A stretch of 64,000 nt of DNA from Amphiscolops sp. MND2022. Its lineage: Eukaryota. The stretch spans positions 92,382,001 through 92,446,000 of the forward strand of contig OZ076409.1 in the NCBI GenBank assembly GCA_964187785.1, read 5' to 3'. A model generated the notes under the pieces. It searched no databases. It saw nothing but the letters and a program-made list of their open reading frames with translations, and had not been told where the DNA came from. The translations under genes were made by a program, and so were the position numbers. Shown here piece by piece: positions 1 to 13,078 of this stretch (its first letter is position 1; each line of letters starts with the position of its first letter).

Positions 1-430
1 GTCCCGTTTAGAATCGGCTGTTTTGTCCCGCTCCCAATTCAAGATGCCCATCATTGACTAATTGGACTTTTAAAAATGAGCTCCGTAAGATGTACATCTA
101 ACAAGATAAGCACAAATCCGTGGTTTGAAATCTGTATTCAGTCTTCATACATGTACCAGAATTATTTTAGTGGAGATCGTCGATTTTTTGTTTGTGTAAA
201 CACTAAGACCCTCAAAGTTTCACCGTGCAATCAGTGGACAGCCATGAATTGGAAGATGAATAGAAACCTTGAGTGTTCCAAACATTAAGATCAATGAGGG
301 GTTCTTTTCTTTATCACGACTATAGTATTTTCGAGAACTACTTGAAATCTAGCTTCAATGGATAAGCAGCAGTGTTCTGGTTTGAGCTTTGTCATTATGG
401 AACTAATTGTCATACTTTTTTCGGAGCAGA

Positions 431-800
431 ATGAAACCTTTCAAGAAGAAGAAGCATTCTGATATGTTGCAGAAAGAAGGCATCAAAATTCTCTCGGAGG
501 CTTCGAAATGGGTAGTTCTCAAAAATGGCGGGATTATGAATGGATTCACTCGCGCTTCGCTTCTAGACATGTTTTCTTCTACTATTCCCAATTCAGCATT
601 GCCAGTTGAGATAGAAATGCCCGCAACTAAATCTTTTTCCATCCTCAAATTCAATACCATTGCGGAAAGTCAGATCTTTTGCAACGCTTACGATGGTTTT
701 TCAGTTCAGTTGGAACAGAGCGAACCTCGCAAAATATTGTATTGCTTCTTCACAGATGATGAATGGAAATGGCGTAAAGAAGTTTCATCAAACAATAATG
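431..800 (+). CDS. ALKBH8: ALKBH8 exon 1 (RRM-like domain)
   Basis: ATG 431, MKPFKKKKH...VVLKNGGIMNG...IEMPATKSFSILKF resembles the ALKBH8 N-terminal RRM; donor GTATAA at 801, phase 1. The 7-exon model totals 1986 nt = 661 aa plus stop. Confidence 0.8.
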
Positions 801-998
801 GTATAACTTTTAATGACGTGTTATCGGTACGAAAACGTCAAAAGCATCAAAAGCAATACTTGGCTTCAAATATACGCTAAGACGCCATCAGAAACCAGGG
901 CGTTATATAGAAACGTTTCTGGCAATCGAAGGTTGAAGTAGTTCTTGAAAGTTACTTGGCGCTTTTTCAGTTAATAGAATAAAATCGCCAGCCTATTA

Positions 999-1182
999 CA
1001 GTCAAACTCGGATAAAAGAAACTCATAGGGCGGTAAGAAAAGAGTTTCTTTTATCCATTGTTTCTTTTATCAGTTGTCCTATTAACGTAGAAAGCTTGTC
1101 TTGCATAAAAGCGGAGGTGTGAAAACGTTTCTTATATCCGAATGTTTCTTTTATCCGTGTTTCTTTTATCCGAGTTCGACTG
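999..1182. mobile_element. pogo/Tigger-type MITE
   Basis: TA|CAGTCAAACTCGGATAAAAGAAAC...GTTTCTTTTATCCGAGTTCGACTG|TA. Confidence 0.85.
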
Positions 1183-1400
1183 TACTTTCACTTTTTTCTA
1201 TAAGACGAATGCGACGAAACTGATAGGGTTGCCGATTTGAAATAGTCTAGCCTAAGAACTACAGTGTGCTAACAGGCTAAAGGACCCTCCTCTCAAGTTT
1301 TTTTATCATTTTCACATCACTTATGAAACAAAATTGCAAAGGCTCCTTTGGTTTTTTCGGGTCTGTGCTGCTTTTTCCGGAATTTTTTAAATTTCACTTT

Positions 1401-1608
1401 AAAAGGGTTCTTTTTGTTTTGTTGTGATTTTCTTTCAAGAAAGTGCTCTTTTGAGCCCAAAGGGTGTTTTTCGGCAATGTGAGATTTTTCACATTTTCAA
1501 CGAAAAGGGTTCTTTTTGTTTTGCTGTGATTTTCTTTCAAGAAAGTACTCTTTTGAGCCCAAAGGGTGTTTTTTCGGCAATGTGAGATTTTTCACATTTT
1601 CAACGAAA
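1401..1608. repeat. Tandem duplication, about 102 bp x 2
   Basis: AAAAGGGTTCTTTTTGTTTTG...TTTTCACATTTTCAACG occurs twice. Confidence 0.85.
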
Positions 1609-1858
1609 ACAACCTTTTAATATATTTAAAAGACTTAGCAATTTTCGAGCCTTAAGCGCCGACTTTGACATTCTAATCTTGTTTAATTTACTTCGGAACT
1701 TCAGAAAAGTCTGCCCTCTGTTTTCTCCGCTAAAAAGGTTTGTTTTTCAATATCGTGTCGCGGAGGGAAGGATTAATGTGTTTGAAATTTTCCCCAAGTC
1801 CTTTGCACCTCTGGCGCCTATGGCCATGCTTGTAGATACCCCTTTGTGTTTTTTCTAG

Positions 1859-2000
1859 GTGAATTTCCATCCTGTCAAAGCGGGCGTAAACTACCTCTAG
1901 GCATGGAAGTAATAGAGGATTTCATCAACGAAGAAACGGAGCAATTACTATGGAATTTGGCTGTTGAGTTCACTTCATCCAAAGACGACCAAAATAGTTA
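1859..2000 (+). CDS. ALKBH8: ALKBH8 exon 2 (start of AlkB domain)
   Basis: Acceptor TTTCTAG|1859; encodes KLPLGMEVIEDFINEETEQLL; donor GTGAGT at 2001, phase 2. Not in the ORF track. Confidence 0.85.
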
Positions 2001-2095
2001 GTGAGTAGTTCTCAACTTGATTTAGAATCCTTTAGATGTTTGCATCAAGTTTTGAAGTAGCTTTAGCAATATTCATGCTATAATGAATGTTTCAG

Positions 2096-2301
2096 TTCTG
2101 AAAACTCGGAGACTTTGAAGCATCGAAAAGTTGTACATTTTGGCTTCTGTTTCAATTATGATACCAACGGCGTGTATTCACATGATAACAAGAAGGCGCC
2201 CGAAATCCCGTGTGCGTGTTTGGATATTCTCAAACCCCTGGTTGATAAGGGAAGAATCAAAGAGATGCCTGACCAAGTTACTATAAACATCTACGAACCA
2301 G
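2096..2301 (+). CDS. ALKBH8: ALKBH8 exon 3
   Basis: TTTCAG|2096; LKHRKVVHFGFCFNYDTN...PDQVTINIYEPG; donor GTAATC at 2302. Confidence 0.92.
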
Positions 2302-2596
2302 GTAATCGTGGTATTTGCGTGGATTGTATGCTGTTGAAATTAAGGATCATGAATGATTAGACAAATGTACATTGAGCCGATCATCATGAATTGATTGATA
2401 ATGGCAACACTTGATACATAGAAATAAACAAGGCGAGAGCGTCTAAAGTCGGCACTTCGCTTAAAACTCAAAAAGCAGTCTGAGGGCGTTTCCTAACAAA
2501 ATCTCCCCAATACAAGAATTCCGAAGAAACCCAGAAGGAGTCTATCGTTCTCGAAAATCGTTTTTCTCCAACTGAAAACATTTAAAAAACCAAATA

Positions 2597-2761
2597 CTGT
2601 GAAACTCGGATAAAAGAAACTCATAGGGTAAGAAAAGAGTTTTTTAATCCATAGTTTCTTCTATCAGTTGTCCTATTAACGTATAAAGTTTGTTTTGCAT
2701 AAAAGCGGAGGACTGAAAACGTTTCTTATATCCGAGTGTTTCTTTTATCCGAGTTCGACTG
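2597..2761. mobile_element. pogo/Tigger-type MITE, second copy
   Basis: Highly similar to 999-1182; TA flanks. Confidence 0.85.
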
Positions 2762-2933
2762 TAGGTGAAATAATTTCGAAACAATTTTCTCCGAAGAAAG
2801 TTGCAGTGTCAAAAATCCCTAAAGGACCCTTCACGCTCTAAGAACGTATTCCTGTTTGTGAATTCATGATGAAATTGAAGGGGACCCTTTTGTGACATGA
2901 TAGAGTTCGGAATTACCCGACCACAAGGTTGTT

Positions 2934-3248
2934 TTTAGTCGGCATGTTTTGGAGAAAAAATGCCCGACCCTTACAATGGCAGGGTTTTTGTCAGATGACA
3001 ATCCTCACACTGAATGTTCCTTTTTTTACAAACGTCATGCCTAAGATCTAAATAGTATTCAAGCGAACCAAAGTGTCACCTCATTGAATATTTTACTAGA
3101 ACTGAAAAATTGCATGAGACTAAAAGATATCAATGTGGATATTTTTCGGCACTAAGAGGCTTATTCCCATTTCCTCGCCGAAAGCTAAGCATATTCAAAA
3201 GACTTTAGACTTGAGTCTCAAGCCTACTTGGGACGTTCCCATCTTGTT
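2934..3248 (+). mobile_element. HINE-like copy (diverged)
   Basis: TTTTTAGTCGGC...CCCGAC and GGGACGTTCCCATCTTGTT ends; further partial copies at about 1270-1684 and 2427-2900. Confidence 0.65.
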
Positions 3249-3317
3249 GAGTTTTTTTTGGAGCGCAAGCTTTTTCCTTTAACGTTGTGGTACAACTTGG
3301 TAATAGCACTATTTCAG

Positions 3318-3641
3318 GTCAAGGAATTCCGAGTCATGTGGATACACATAGCATTTTCTCTGAAACTCTCATGTCATTGTCTCTTGGGTCTCCGGTGGTG
3401 ATGGAGATGAAATTGGAAGGTGTGAATGAAACCGCTCCTATCAAAACGCCGGTTCTCTTGCCTCCAAGAAGCTTAGCTATCTTTGAAGATGACTCTCGTT
3501 ATGGGTGGAAACATGGCATTGCTTCTAAGAGATTCGACACATTTGAAGATTCCAAGTCAGGGTCAACTGAAAACTTTGAAAGGTCAAAGCGAGTGTCGTA
3601 CACCTATAGAAAATTGAGGATTCCACCTTTTTGTGATTGCA
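3318..3641 (+). CDS. ALKBH8: ALKBH8 exon 4 (2OG-Fe(II) oxygenase core)
   Basis: GQGIPSHVDTH (HxD), WKHGI, RVSYTYR (RxxxxxR) motifs; TTTCAG acceptor; GTAAGT donor at 3642. Confidence 0.95.
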
Positions 3642-3713
3642 GTAAGTTTTTCAACGACGGTTCTCAGTTATTTGAAAACAGTCGGAATCGGTTCTTGACT
3701 AAATGATGTTTAG

Positions 3714-3832
3714 GGTTTTTGCAACATTGTGATTATCAAAGTGGTGGCAAGCAACAGAAATCAGATTGTCCAATAAAAGTTCCGAAGTCAAGTGAAGAGG
3801 CTGCTGTTTTGGAAGCACAATTCGTCCAAGGA
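3714..3832 (+). CDS. ALKBH8: ALKBH8 exon 5 (Cys cluster and linker)
   Basis: Splicing the 72-nt intron gives CDCRFLQHCDYQ, the ALKBH8 Zn-binding Cys cluster, then LEAQFVQG; donor GTAAGA at 3833. Confidence 0.9.
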
Positions 3833-4072
3833 GTAAGAATCGTGTTTCCTTTTCAACATTTGCGCCCTAAAATTGGCTCAAGTTTTGAAAAACTGTGGTG
3901 CTTTTCCTGAGAATGCTCAAGGAAAACATCAATTCCATGTTTTTTGTATGAGAAATTTACGATGAAATAAAATTCCTTGTTTCTGCGATAATGTAAAAGT
4001 AGTATGGATTTGTCCTACATGATACACTTTTGCTCTAAAAGCTCTATCCTTCGCATTTTCAATTTTCTTCAG

Positions 4073-4228
4073 GTATACGACCAAATAGCAGATCACTTCA
4101 GCTCCACGAGGCATTCTGCTTGGCCCAGAGTTAAACGCTTTTTGGATGCAATTCCCGTCGGTTCCTTAGTTTTGGACCTCGGCTGTGGCAACGGCAAATA
4201 CTTGTTTGAACAGGCGTCAATTTTCAAG
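4073..4228 (+). CDS. ALKBH8: ALKBH8 exon 6 (Trm9-like methyltransferase, SAM motif I)
   Basis: VYDQIADHFSSTRHSAWPRV...VLDLGCGNGKY; CAG acceptor; GTGAGT donor at 4229. Confidence 0.95.
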
Positions 4229-4984
4229 GTGAGTGTACCCTCATTAATCGGTGCTTTCTAAAAGAAAGCAGACTATGATAATGACAAGTTTTTTTCAAGG
4301 CTCCTCGAATTGGCGGATTTTTTAATCAAGACCCTCGCTGAACACCGGGATATTTCTGGCTTGGAATTATTGGTCGTTCAACTTGAAATTCAGAAATCCT
4401 ACTAAACTTGCGTAAATTGAGTAATAATTGCGGTATTTTTTCGGCATTCGGGCTTTTTTTTGGAAAACTTCAGATTATCTACATAAGTCCTTTATGCTAC
4501 ATAGGCAAAAAATCATCAAGTACTTGTTAATACCACCGTCTACCAGGCAGCAAGTGGTTTCAAAACTAGCTTTACACCGGAAATTGTGTTTCTAAATTCA
4601 AATATACGTACCGATGTAGCGTAAATAATTTGGAGATAACTGATTCTGTATCGACTATTTTTGTACTATATTCTGACAAGTCTTACTCAGCTATAAGTCA
4701 CAAAAAGTTTTATTCCTTTGAATTTTTCAGCGTTGTGTGCCTGTGTGGAAACAAAAGGGTCCGAAGCTTTTATTCGTTGGTATAGTGAAACTTTCGGAAT
4801 CTAACAAAAACAAGTAATTAAAGGGATTTAAGTGCAATTCCAGCTTCAAGAGGGCGTCTACTGGGTCAGTTCCTGAATTTTTATATTAACTCATTTGTCT
4901 CAGAACTTAACATGTTTCTGTAAAAACTTATTCGCAAATTTATCCTCTGATCATTAGTCTCTAAGCATAGGAGCGGTTTGTTTT

Positions 4985-5452
4985 TTAGTCGGCGCTTTTC
5001 TTAAGAAAAGAGCCCGACTATTACAGTCACTCGTTTTTTTTCAGACAGACTCGAAGCGACGAACGTTAACGTTCAACTAAAGGAAACTAAATACCAGGGA
5101 AACGCATGTAAATTATTCCAAAGGATCCCCCCTTTGGTTTTTTACTTTTTAAACGCTACCTACAAGCCCGGACGGGACTAAAAGGTCCCCCCTTTCGATT
5201 TTTTTCGGCACTGTGCGACTTTTTTTCGAAATTTTTTCAATGTCCCCAAAGGGTCCCCCCTTTGAGTTTTTTGTTATTTTGTTACAGAATGCGTGTTTAT
5301 AAATTAAAAAGGGTCCCCTTTTACATTTTTCGGCACTGTGCGACATTTTCCGAAAGAAAATTTTTTTCGAAAATTTCGTTTTTTTCCAAAAAAATGTTTT
5401 GCGCTTTTTGAGCCTTAGATATAGCCCCGACTTGAGACGTTCCCGTCTTGTT
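4985..5452 (+). mobile_element. Helentron-derived non-autonomous element (HINE/DINE-1-like)
   Basis: 5' T-run plus subTIR AGTCGGCGC with a nearby inverted copy; internal AAAGGGTCCCCC repeats; 3' subTIR, hairpin AGACG-TTCC-CGTCT, then TGTTT; inserted in T-runs with no TSD. Confidence 0.8.
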
Positions 5453-5481
5453 TTTCAACTATATTTGAAACCTTTTTGAAG

Positions 5482-6150
5482 GTCGGTTTGGACAACAGTG
5501 TTGGATTGGCGGATATCTGCTCTGATCGAGGCTTCGAAGTGATGGTATCTGACTGCTTGAATAGTCCAATCAGAAGCAGTTGTGCTGATTTCGTCATTTC
5601 AATTGCAGTTATTCATCATTTCTCACACAAAGACAGGCGCTTGAAAGCCGTTTCAGAAATTTTGAGACTCTTGAAACCCGGAGGAAGAGCTCTCATTTAT
5701 GTTTGGGCTATGGAACAGAAGCATAAAAACGTGAAATCTCACTATGTGAGTAAGAGAAACGAATCTTGCTTGTTGTCGGAACCTAATTCAGAAACCGCGG
5801 AAGAAACAACAAAGCAGCGATCGGATGAAACCTGTTTGCTTGAGAGTCCGACCGAAGAGTTCATATCTCGACATGTTAACAGAACACCTTTCGCGCAGCA
5901 AGATTTATTTGTGCCTTGGCAGAGAAAAGGTAAACCGGCAAAAACTACTGCAAATGATGCTTCGCCAGAAAAGGAGATTTCAATTGAATCTGGAGGCACT
6001 AAATCACCAGGAGAAACCTTTTATCGTTTTTATCATGTTTTCAGGGAAGGAGAATTAGAACAACTTTGTGTTGAAGCAAGTGCCCAGATCGATATTGTTG
6101 ATAGTTATTTTGACGATGGGAACTGGTGTGTTGTAGTTCAAAAAATGTGA
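5482..6150 (+). CDS. ALKBH8: ALKBH8 exon 7 (methyltransferase C-terminus)
   Basis: ISIAVIHH, RLLKPGGRALIYVWAMEQ, QDLFVPW, RFYHVFREGEL, DDGNWCVVVQK; TGA ends at 6150. Confidence 0.95.
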   Translation, partial: VGLDNSVGLADICSDRGFEVMVSDCLNSPIRSSCADFVISIAVIHHFSHKDRRLKAVSEILRLLKPGGRALIYVWAMEQKHKNVKSHYVSKRNESCLLSEPNSETAEETTKQRSDETCLLESPTEEFISRHVNRTPFAQQDLFVPWQRKGKPAKTTANDASPEKEISIESGGTKSPGETFYRFYHVFREGELEQLCVEASAQIDIVDSYFDDGNWCVVVQKM

Positions 6151-8267
6151 TTTCCTCTTTGTTTTCCTTAGTTGAGCATAATGTAATAATGTTTGATAGA
6201 CATGAGGTAGGACGGATGGGGATTTAACTGTGGCTTATTATGCGTTAATTACAACCCCCTCTTTCTCATAACTCTTAGATAAGGAGGTATGCTCGAATTA
6301 ACTTTTCTGTGAGCTTCTCAAGTTCACGCTTAATTGATTTCCTCAGAGACTTGAGAGCTCTCCAAAAGGGTGACCAATTATGTTGGGTGTCCTTTTCTAA
6401 TTGTGTCAGCCTTCGGTTGGCGTCTTTCCTTTGGCTGTCCTGTCCCCAGATGCATTTGGTCTTATTCTTGTTCTTTATGTAAGATACGAAAACACTTGTT
6501 TGGTTCATAAAACTATTCAATTCACTTGGCATCTGCATAAGTGGTTACTTTGGGTGTCAATTAAAGATAAATATTAATCTTTTGTAGATATCCAAATACT
6601 TGCGGTTTTATATGTTCAGAAAACATTTTCAATTAGAAATTTTCAGAAAATATTTTCGGTATTGAAATTTTCCCAAAATATATACCGTTTTTATTCGAGA
6701 AAAAGGCGGCCTCGAATAAAAGCCGCAGCTTTTTCTGATATTAAAATAAAAGCCGCTCTTGTGTAAAAGCCACATCTTTTCCCAAATCGACTCTCATCGA
6801 ACATTAGCTTCATGAACATTCCATTTTCCCCTCGAAATTTCAAATTTGTCATCGTTATTTTCTGCCAATTCAACTTTCAATTTCTGCGTTCAAATCGATT
6901 CATATTCAGATTACTGTAATTTCTCTAGCGCTGGCGCGTTTTTTTTTTAAAAAGCCGCAATTATATTGAATAAATATGGTTCTCAGCGACTGTTATTGAA
7001 AATTGTAGGTGCTCATGTTGCCTGCTGCAGTATTATTGTTTCAATTTTTTGCGGACATTTTATTGACGATGGTTTTTTTAGTATCGCCGAGTTCCTCCTG
7101 AAAATCACTTTTTTTCAAAAAAAAACAATTGACTTTTATAATTGATTAGCTTGAATTGTAAGCTTCTTTCAAATATTCTTATAACTGGCACGTTCTCCTA
7201 GCTCCTTGTTTTTTGATCGTCTACTATCCCATAATAAAATTGCCAAATTTTTCAACTCCCACCCTACACATTTTTTTGAAGGCGAGTTTGTTGTGATCAA
7301 ATTGAAAACAGTTGAATCATTATAATCTCCTTTTTGTTTTTCATTACCGTCATGGGTGACGAATGAGTGTCATGAATGATATTAAAGCATGCAAGTTGCA
7401 AAAAAATTGACACTCTTTCTAGATGAACCATTTTGTTTCTATCCATTTAAAAACATAGTCTTGACATGTCACTGGATCTTGATTACAGTGAAATTGAACC
7501 CATCATGCTTCTGCAATAATTTACATTTTGTGAATATTTAATGCTGTTTTGTATCATTTTTCTGTGGTTTGAATGCACACGACTTTGAAGTTATTGAATA
7601 TTGAATTGACTTCTAATCACTCAAGATTAATTGAACAGCACTTGAAATTTGGCTGACGATTAATCGGTTTTTGAGGCTCTGTGCAATTGCTTGTCTTTTT
7701 TTGAGCATTTTTGTTCATTAGCCGAGAGGCCAGATGATTACAACTGAGCTTCGACACAAAAAATTATAATGACCAGTCATACACAACATATGCACGGCTC
7801 AGTGCATACTTCTCTTCAGATACTTACACGATTGTTCAAGTTTCTAGACGCGCCAACTCATTCATGGCAGTTTCAAGCAGATGAAATTGATTACTTTCAG
7901 ATAGAAAAAGCGAATCAGAGAAAATCTGACAGCGAATTTTTTTGAACTGAAGTAACAAGCTGAACTGCTTTTACCTTCACGATTCCGGGACCCTTGATTG
8001 ACATTTAAAAAAAATCAGCTAGCTAAGTTGAAGTGGGTTTTTAAACACTCTCGACGACTCTTTGTATTCCAATCTGTATTTAATTTTTATTTAATCTCAG
8101 TTTTGCAGAATACAGTACTTTTTCAAAATTGCTCGCGATTTGCTGCATTAACAGTTTGTGAAACTTCTATGGATTTTTTTGAAAAAAAGTGCAATGGGAT
8201 GTTATATTGGCAATAGTGTATCTAGCGACTTGTTCTAATAATGAACATACAAAAAATAAGTCTTGGG

Positions 8268-8662
8268 CAGGTTTGGGTAAAATTGTGGTTTTTTTCGTGA
8301 ATTGAACAGTTTTTTTCTGAAAAATGTTTTTTCCCAATCTTTACAGATCACATCACATCACTTATTCAGTTGTTTATACAAAAAACACAGCTTTCGGGCC
8401 TTTTCGACGCCCAGACGGTATCTCAGAGTCCCGTAACTCATCCCCATTGTCGAAAAGTGTCACTCCAATCCGGCTGAACTTGGTACCGCCGAAACCAGAT
8501 TGTTCGCCATATCAGCAAACTGAGCATATACCAAGAATTAGCGATGGCATTCTAGTACAACTACAAACAAACGAAAAAAAACATCTGTTCTATTTACGTG
8601 TTTTAATCATGTTTTTTTTCCGCTGTGTTTAAAACTTTTTTTTTTCAAACTTGCCAACCCTG
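8268..8662. mobile_element. hAT-type MITE (CAGG...CCTG)
   Basis: Ends CAGGTTTGGG / GCCAACCCTG; perfect 8-bp TSD GTCTTGGG. Confidence 0.8.
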
Positions 8663-10505
8663 GTCTTGGGATATCATTTTTTTGTGTACAGCCACTGAAA
8701 TATAGCTGCCTGTTTTTATACCAATCAGGTTTATCATATGACACCATCAAATATTTTTTTCATTGCGACCAACCCGGAAAATGATTGGATTTTTTGGATT
8801 AGAAAGAAAATATCGGGAGCGGTGCAAAACAGAAGAGGACAGAATATTCTCATTTTGAAAAAAAAGGAAAAAGCCTATTGTTTTGGAACACATCAAGTGC
8901 GCTCATTAATTGAAACTAATTAGTACAAATAAAACACGAATTACAACTTATAAAAGGATCGTCGTGAAAGAAAATGCCACAATGAGTATTTTGTTCTATC
9001 GGATCCTCAACTCAACTATGTCTTAAGATTTTTTCCGTCCCTAGTGTAATTAAATAATTATATTTCAAAGCACATAAATCAAGTTAATAAAAATTTGTTT
9101 TTCAACAGCTCTCGTTTCTGAATTTCAATAGTATGGCTGATTTTTTTCAAAAAGGTTGATTTATCCTGTATTTAGTTTAGAATCAGTTTTTTTGTCCCGT
9201 TGCAGAAACCTATTTTGTTCTGTTTGAAGTTCTGCTATTTGTCTCGTTCAAAAATGGTCTGTTTTGTTCCATATCCAAAGTATAAAACGAATTTTACGTT
9301 CTATAAAAAACCAGTTTTCTGAACCCATTTACCAATTCAAATGGCTTTCCTGGGAGTTTTTTGCTATTATGAGTTGTTATAACGATAATTTGTGAAGCAA
9401 TATATGTACACAGTTTTGGCTGTATAACGGCTCCTCTACAATAAACTATTTTAAGAACAACTTTTTTCAACAGCAAAAAAAAATGAAGGTCGCTATACGC
9501 GAATAGCGAATACCATTATATCGAGAAAGACTGAAAAACATCTGATAGCTTATAAATGGAAGATAGAAAAATTGATAAGGTTTTTTATCATGCCTCTTTT
9601 TCAGACCTGCATTTTGTATTTCCACATGTTAGCATTATTGCTTCTCTGAATCGGTTATAGAAAAATACAAAAACCCATAAGAAATGATGGTAGAATGAAT
9701 TATTCTCATATCAATCATAATTTTCATTTTGGTTGTATGACTTATATTTTGTTTGTTCCACTTCAAATGTTCTTGTTTCATTTTTTCCCGCATTTTCTAA
9801 ACACTGTTTCGTTTTATTTTCCTAGTAATTTTTTGATTCTGATGTTCATTTTGCCTCGGATCTGGAAGAATTTTCAACTGCCGTTGGGCATTTTTTTCTA
9901 CAAAAATTAACCCTTTTTGTGTCTAGGTGTTTTTTTTCTGGCCAAAAATTGGATAAAGGTTACCTCGTTAGCGCCCCGCACTGGGTGAACAGAATAAAAA
10001 GCTTAGTAATGGGAGTCCTGCTTTCTCTCTCTCTGTTCTAAGTCCAACTTCGTTATTATAATCCCCTAATCCGCTTCTGATTTAATTGAAATGCAGACGG
10101 TGGGTAATTTGAAATCATCCATGATCATCTTTGTGCGCTTTTATTTTGCTACGTGTGATGGTGTTTATACTTTTTAGTATATTTTTCACATGACTTGTCA
10201 GAAAATTTTTGTCGAATCGTTTTTCTCAAACTGGATATCATAATGGCTATCTCGATGACATCATGCTTTTTTTCGGCATCGTACGATGCTATCAAAGCTA
10301 ATTCGTTTATAATTTGAATAATTTCAGCTGATGAGAATACTAATTGCAGTTTTATGTAATTTTCAAAAACGAAGCATCGTTAAAACTATTTGAACTTTGC
10401 AAAATTTCATCTAAATTAGTGAATATAATCATGATATATTTTCTCGGCTTGAGTCAAGAGTTTAATAGCTCTTTTTGGCTCATACAATGTTGGCTGGCTT
10501 TGTTA

Positions 10506-11040
10506 TCAGCAGTTTGTCTTGAACGATTGTTGCAAATAAGCGGCTGCTGCTGCGCTATTATATGGGGTCGCAATCAGTGGGCGGAAAGGAGTCGATGGCG
10601 CAAACTCCAGTTTGGAACCCGCTGGACACGGGCTGTTGTTCGAACATGCAAACAGATTGCCAAATGCCGAATAAGTTCCCGGAACACTCGCCACTGAATT
10701 GTTATTCGGAGGTGACCTGGTGGTCGTGAAGGGGTGCGGCGAGGTCATGTTACTTTTGAGTCGTTGACCTGTTAAGGGGTCATGTGACTGTGCCATCTGG
10801 AGGGGCGCTTTTCCACCGCATGTTACTGATTTGGGGTTTGATTTTTTGCTGCTTTCCACGTTATTGAACGACGACGACCTCTTTTCTTTTGTTGCCACTG
10901 ATGATGACGATGATGATCGTTGTTGTTTTTGCGCTACTATCATTGTTTTTACGTGGTCTGTCAAAATGGCAGCTTCCGTAGCTTCTATAATGGCGGCTTT
11001 ATGCTCAATGTCCATACCACTGTCAGTGTCGCTGTCTTGT
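10506..11040 (-). CDS. Six4/5: Six4/5 exon 2 (Ser/Pro/Ala-rich C-terminus)
   Basis: Acceptor TTTTAG|11040 is phase-compatible with exon 1 (AC+A=Thr, then QDSDTDSG) and open to TGA; total 368 aa. Confidence 0.8.
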
Positions 11041-13078
11041 CTAAAACATGTGCTGGTGTAATTGACTAGCAATTAATTTTGACGCTATGTCTTAATTGGG
11101 TTAAACAATACCATATCGGTCACGTTCACATACCGCTTATGTCTTAAATGCAGGAGCGAAGCGGACCCACGTGCCACTATTACCATACTGTAAAAAGAAT
11201 TGGACTCTTGATTGTTAAAAAATGATATGGACTGAAAACAAACTAGCTCGAAACCTGAGTTAGTTTGGAGGTAATAAAAATACTTCAATAAACAAACATA
11301 ATTTTATTTGCAAAGGACTTCATAATCAGCTTTAGAAACGATTTTGTAGCTTGCTATCACTTTTAAGTACTTGTATTTTACTACTAATTTCTGATCTAGG
11401 AGCAAATTTAGTTTTTCAACAGACCCAGTTTTGCAAATTTCTATCTATTATTAGCAGAAACCACTCCATTCACTAATGATAATATTTTTTGTGCACGAAA
11501 AATTCGAAGAAAAACTGCAGTTATATATGGGTTTTCTCAGAATTGAATCTTATTCCCTATCTCAATACATTACATCCAACTTTCTTTCTCTAAAATTTCC
11601 TGTTCAAGAATGCTTCTTTTAACTCTCAAGGTTTTCGGAATTAGAATTTAACTAAGTTGAAAGCGAAAACAGTAGTAAAATGCATAGTTTCTCAGTTTTT
11701 GTATATTGATTTAGAATTTGAAAACAAAATCGTTTGTAAGCAACATAAAAAACTAGTTAACTTTCAGTTTTACAGTTCAGAAGATTTTGGTCCTTCTTAT
11801 TAAAGTGCAAGTCATTTTTTTTACAATCAGGGGTCCAATTCATTATTTCTCCTCAAGGTAGAAGGCCAGGTTATATAAGCAATATAAAAGTTACACTCCG
11901 GAGTCGAATTATTCAGGATAGAAAATTGCCACCAATTTTTTTAGTCGAATTATTTAGGATCGAGTTGTGCATGATCTAAAATGACAATTCTCAATATAAA
12001 TTTAGAAACTAGAATTGGTTCTATAGGTTTTTTTCATCTCTTCCGTTCAAAATAAAGTCAATATTCGATTCTAGATAATTTTGAACTTTTTGACCCTGAA
12101 AAAATAGATTCTGAAAATCAATGTCACATAAATTACCTTGTTCTTTAGCAATAATCGTTTTTTTTGCTATGAATTTACTATCTTTCTGGTGTTTTAGGAG
12201 TTATTTATAGCAAGAATTTTATGTTTAATTTTAGTCAGCGTTTCTTTGTTTGGTTTGAATTTCGTCAATCCTTTCTTTCAGTCCGAAAATACGCCCTGAA
12301 ATTCGAACATTTGTTATTCAATAGGTTCAACATTAGCAGTAATTGAAAGCTCACTATAAACCCTGAGAGTTTACAGCTTTGTTTATTTTCTAGACTCCAT
12401 ATTTCGAACTTGATCAAGCGAATTGAAACAAATTCCGAAATCAATTTCGACTGACCTACAATGCATTCTAGTTCACTTTTCCCTCCTTTCGCTTTTATTT
12501 GTAAACATTACTATATTTCCCCGTTTTCCTGTGCCTCCATATTTAACCACTTGACCAGTTAGTTGAAATTCTTCGAAAGCCTGAATTTCAACTCAACTTC
12601 TTGAATGCTTTTGATAAGACCGACCGAGCGAACTTCAAGCTAGTTAGCCACTTTGCGTTCATTCAACCCGTTTGCAGCTAGTCAAAACCTGTCAACCCCC
12701 GTGAATCCAGATACGTTATGTCGAAATTGTCGCTCTGACCTAATTCCTTCTTCAGCAGGAACTTAAGCAGTTTTCCCCGACATTCAATCTCTCCTTGGGC
12801 AGGGCAAATTTAATGATAGGGACATAATTGTAAAGTTCCACGCATTTAAACTGATTAAATACTCACATTTTGTGTGAATACGCACAACAGCAAATGCGCT
12901 TGTCATTTTATCGTTTTATGTCTTGTGTTACAGAGCGTTATTGCTTGAATTTTCATGCATTTAAAACTTAGCAGGTGTTTAATCGGAAGCAGAAACGATA
13001 AAACAATCCATTTTTCTCTTTCTTGCCTATAAAATGTAACTTCAAGCACTGCCTAGTGTGTCATTTGTATATTGAAAG

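Noticed and set aside
8324..8632. 102-aa ORF or extra Six4/5 exon
   Set aside because: Lies wholly inside a MITE with a perfect 8-bp TSD, and the minus-strand frames are interrupted by stops.
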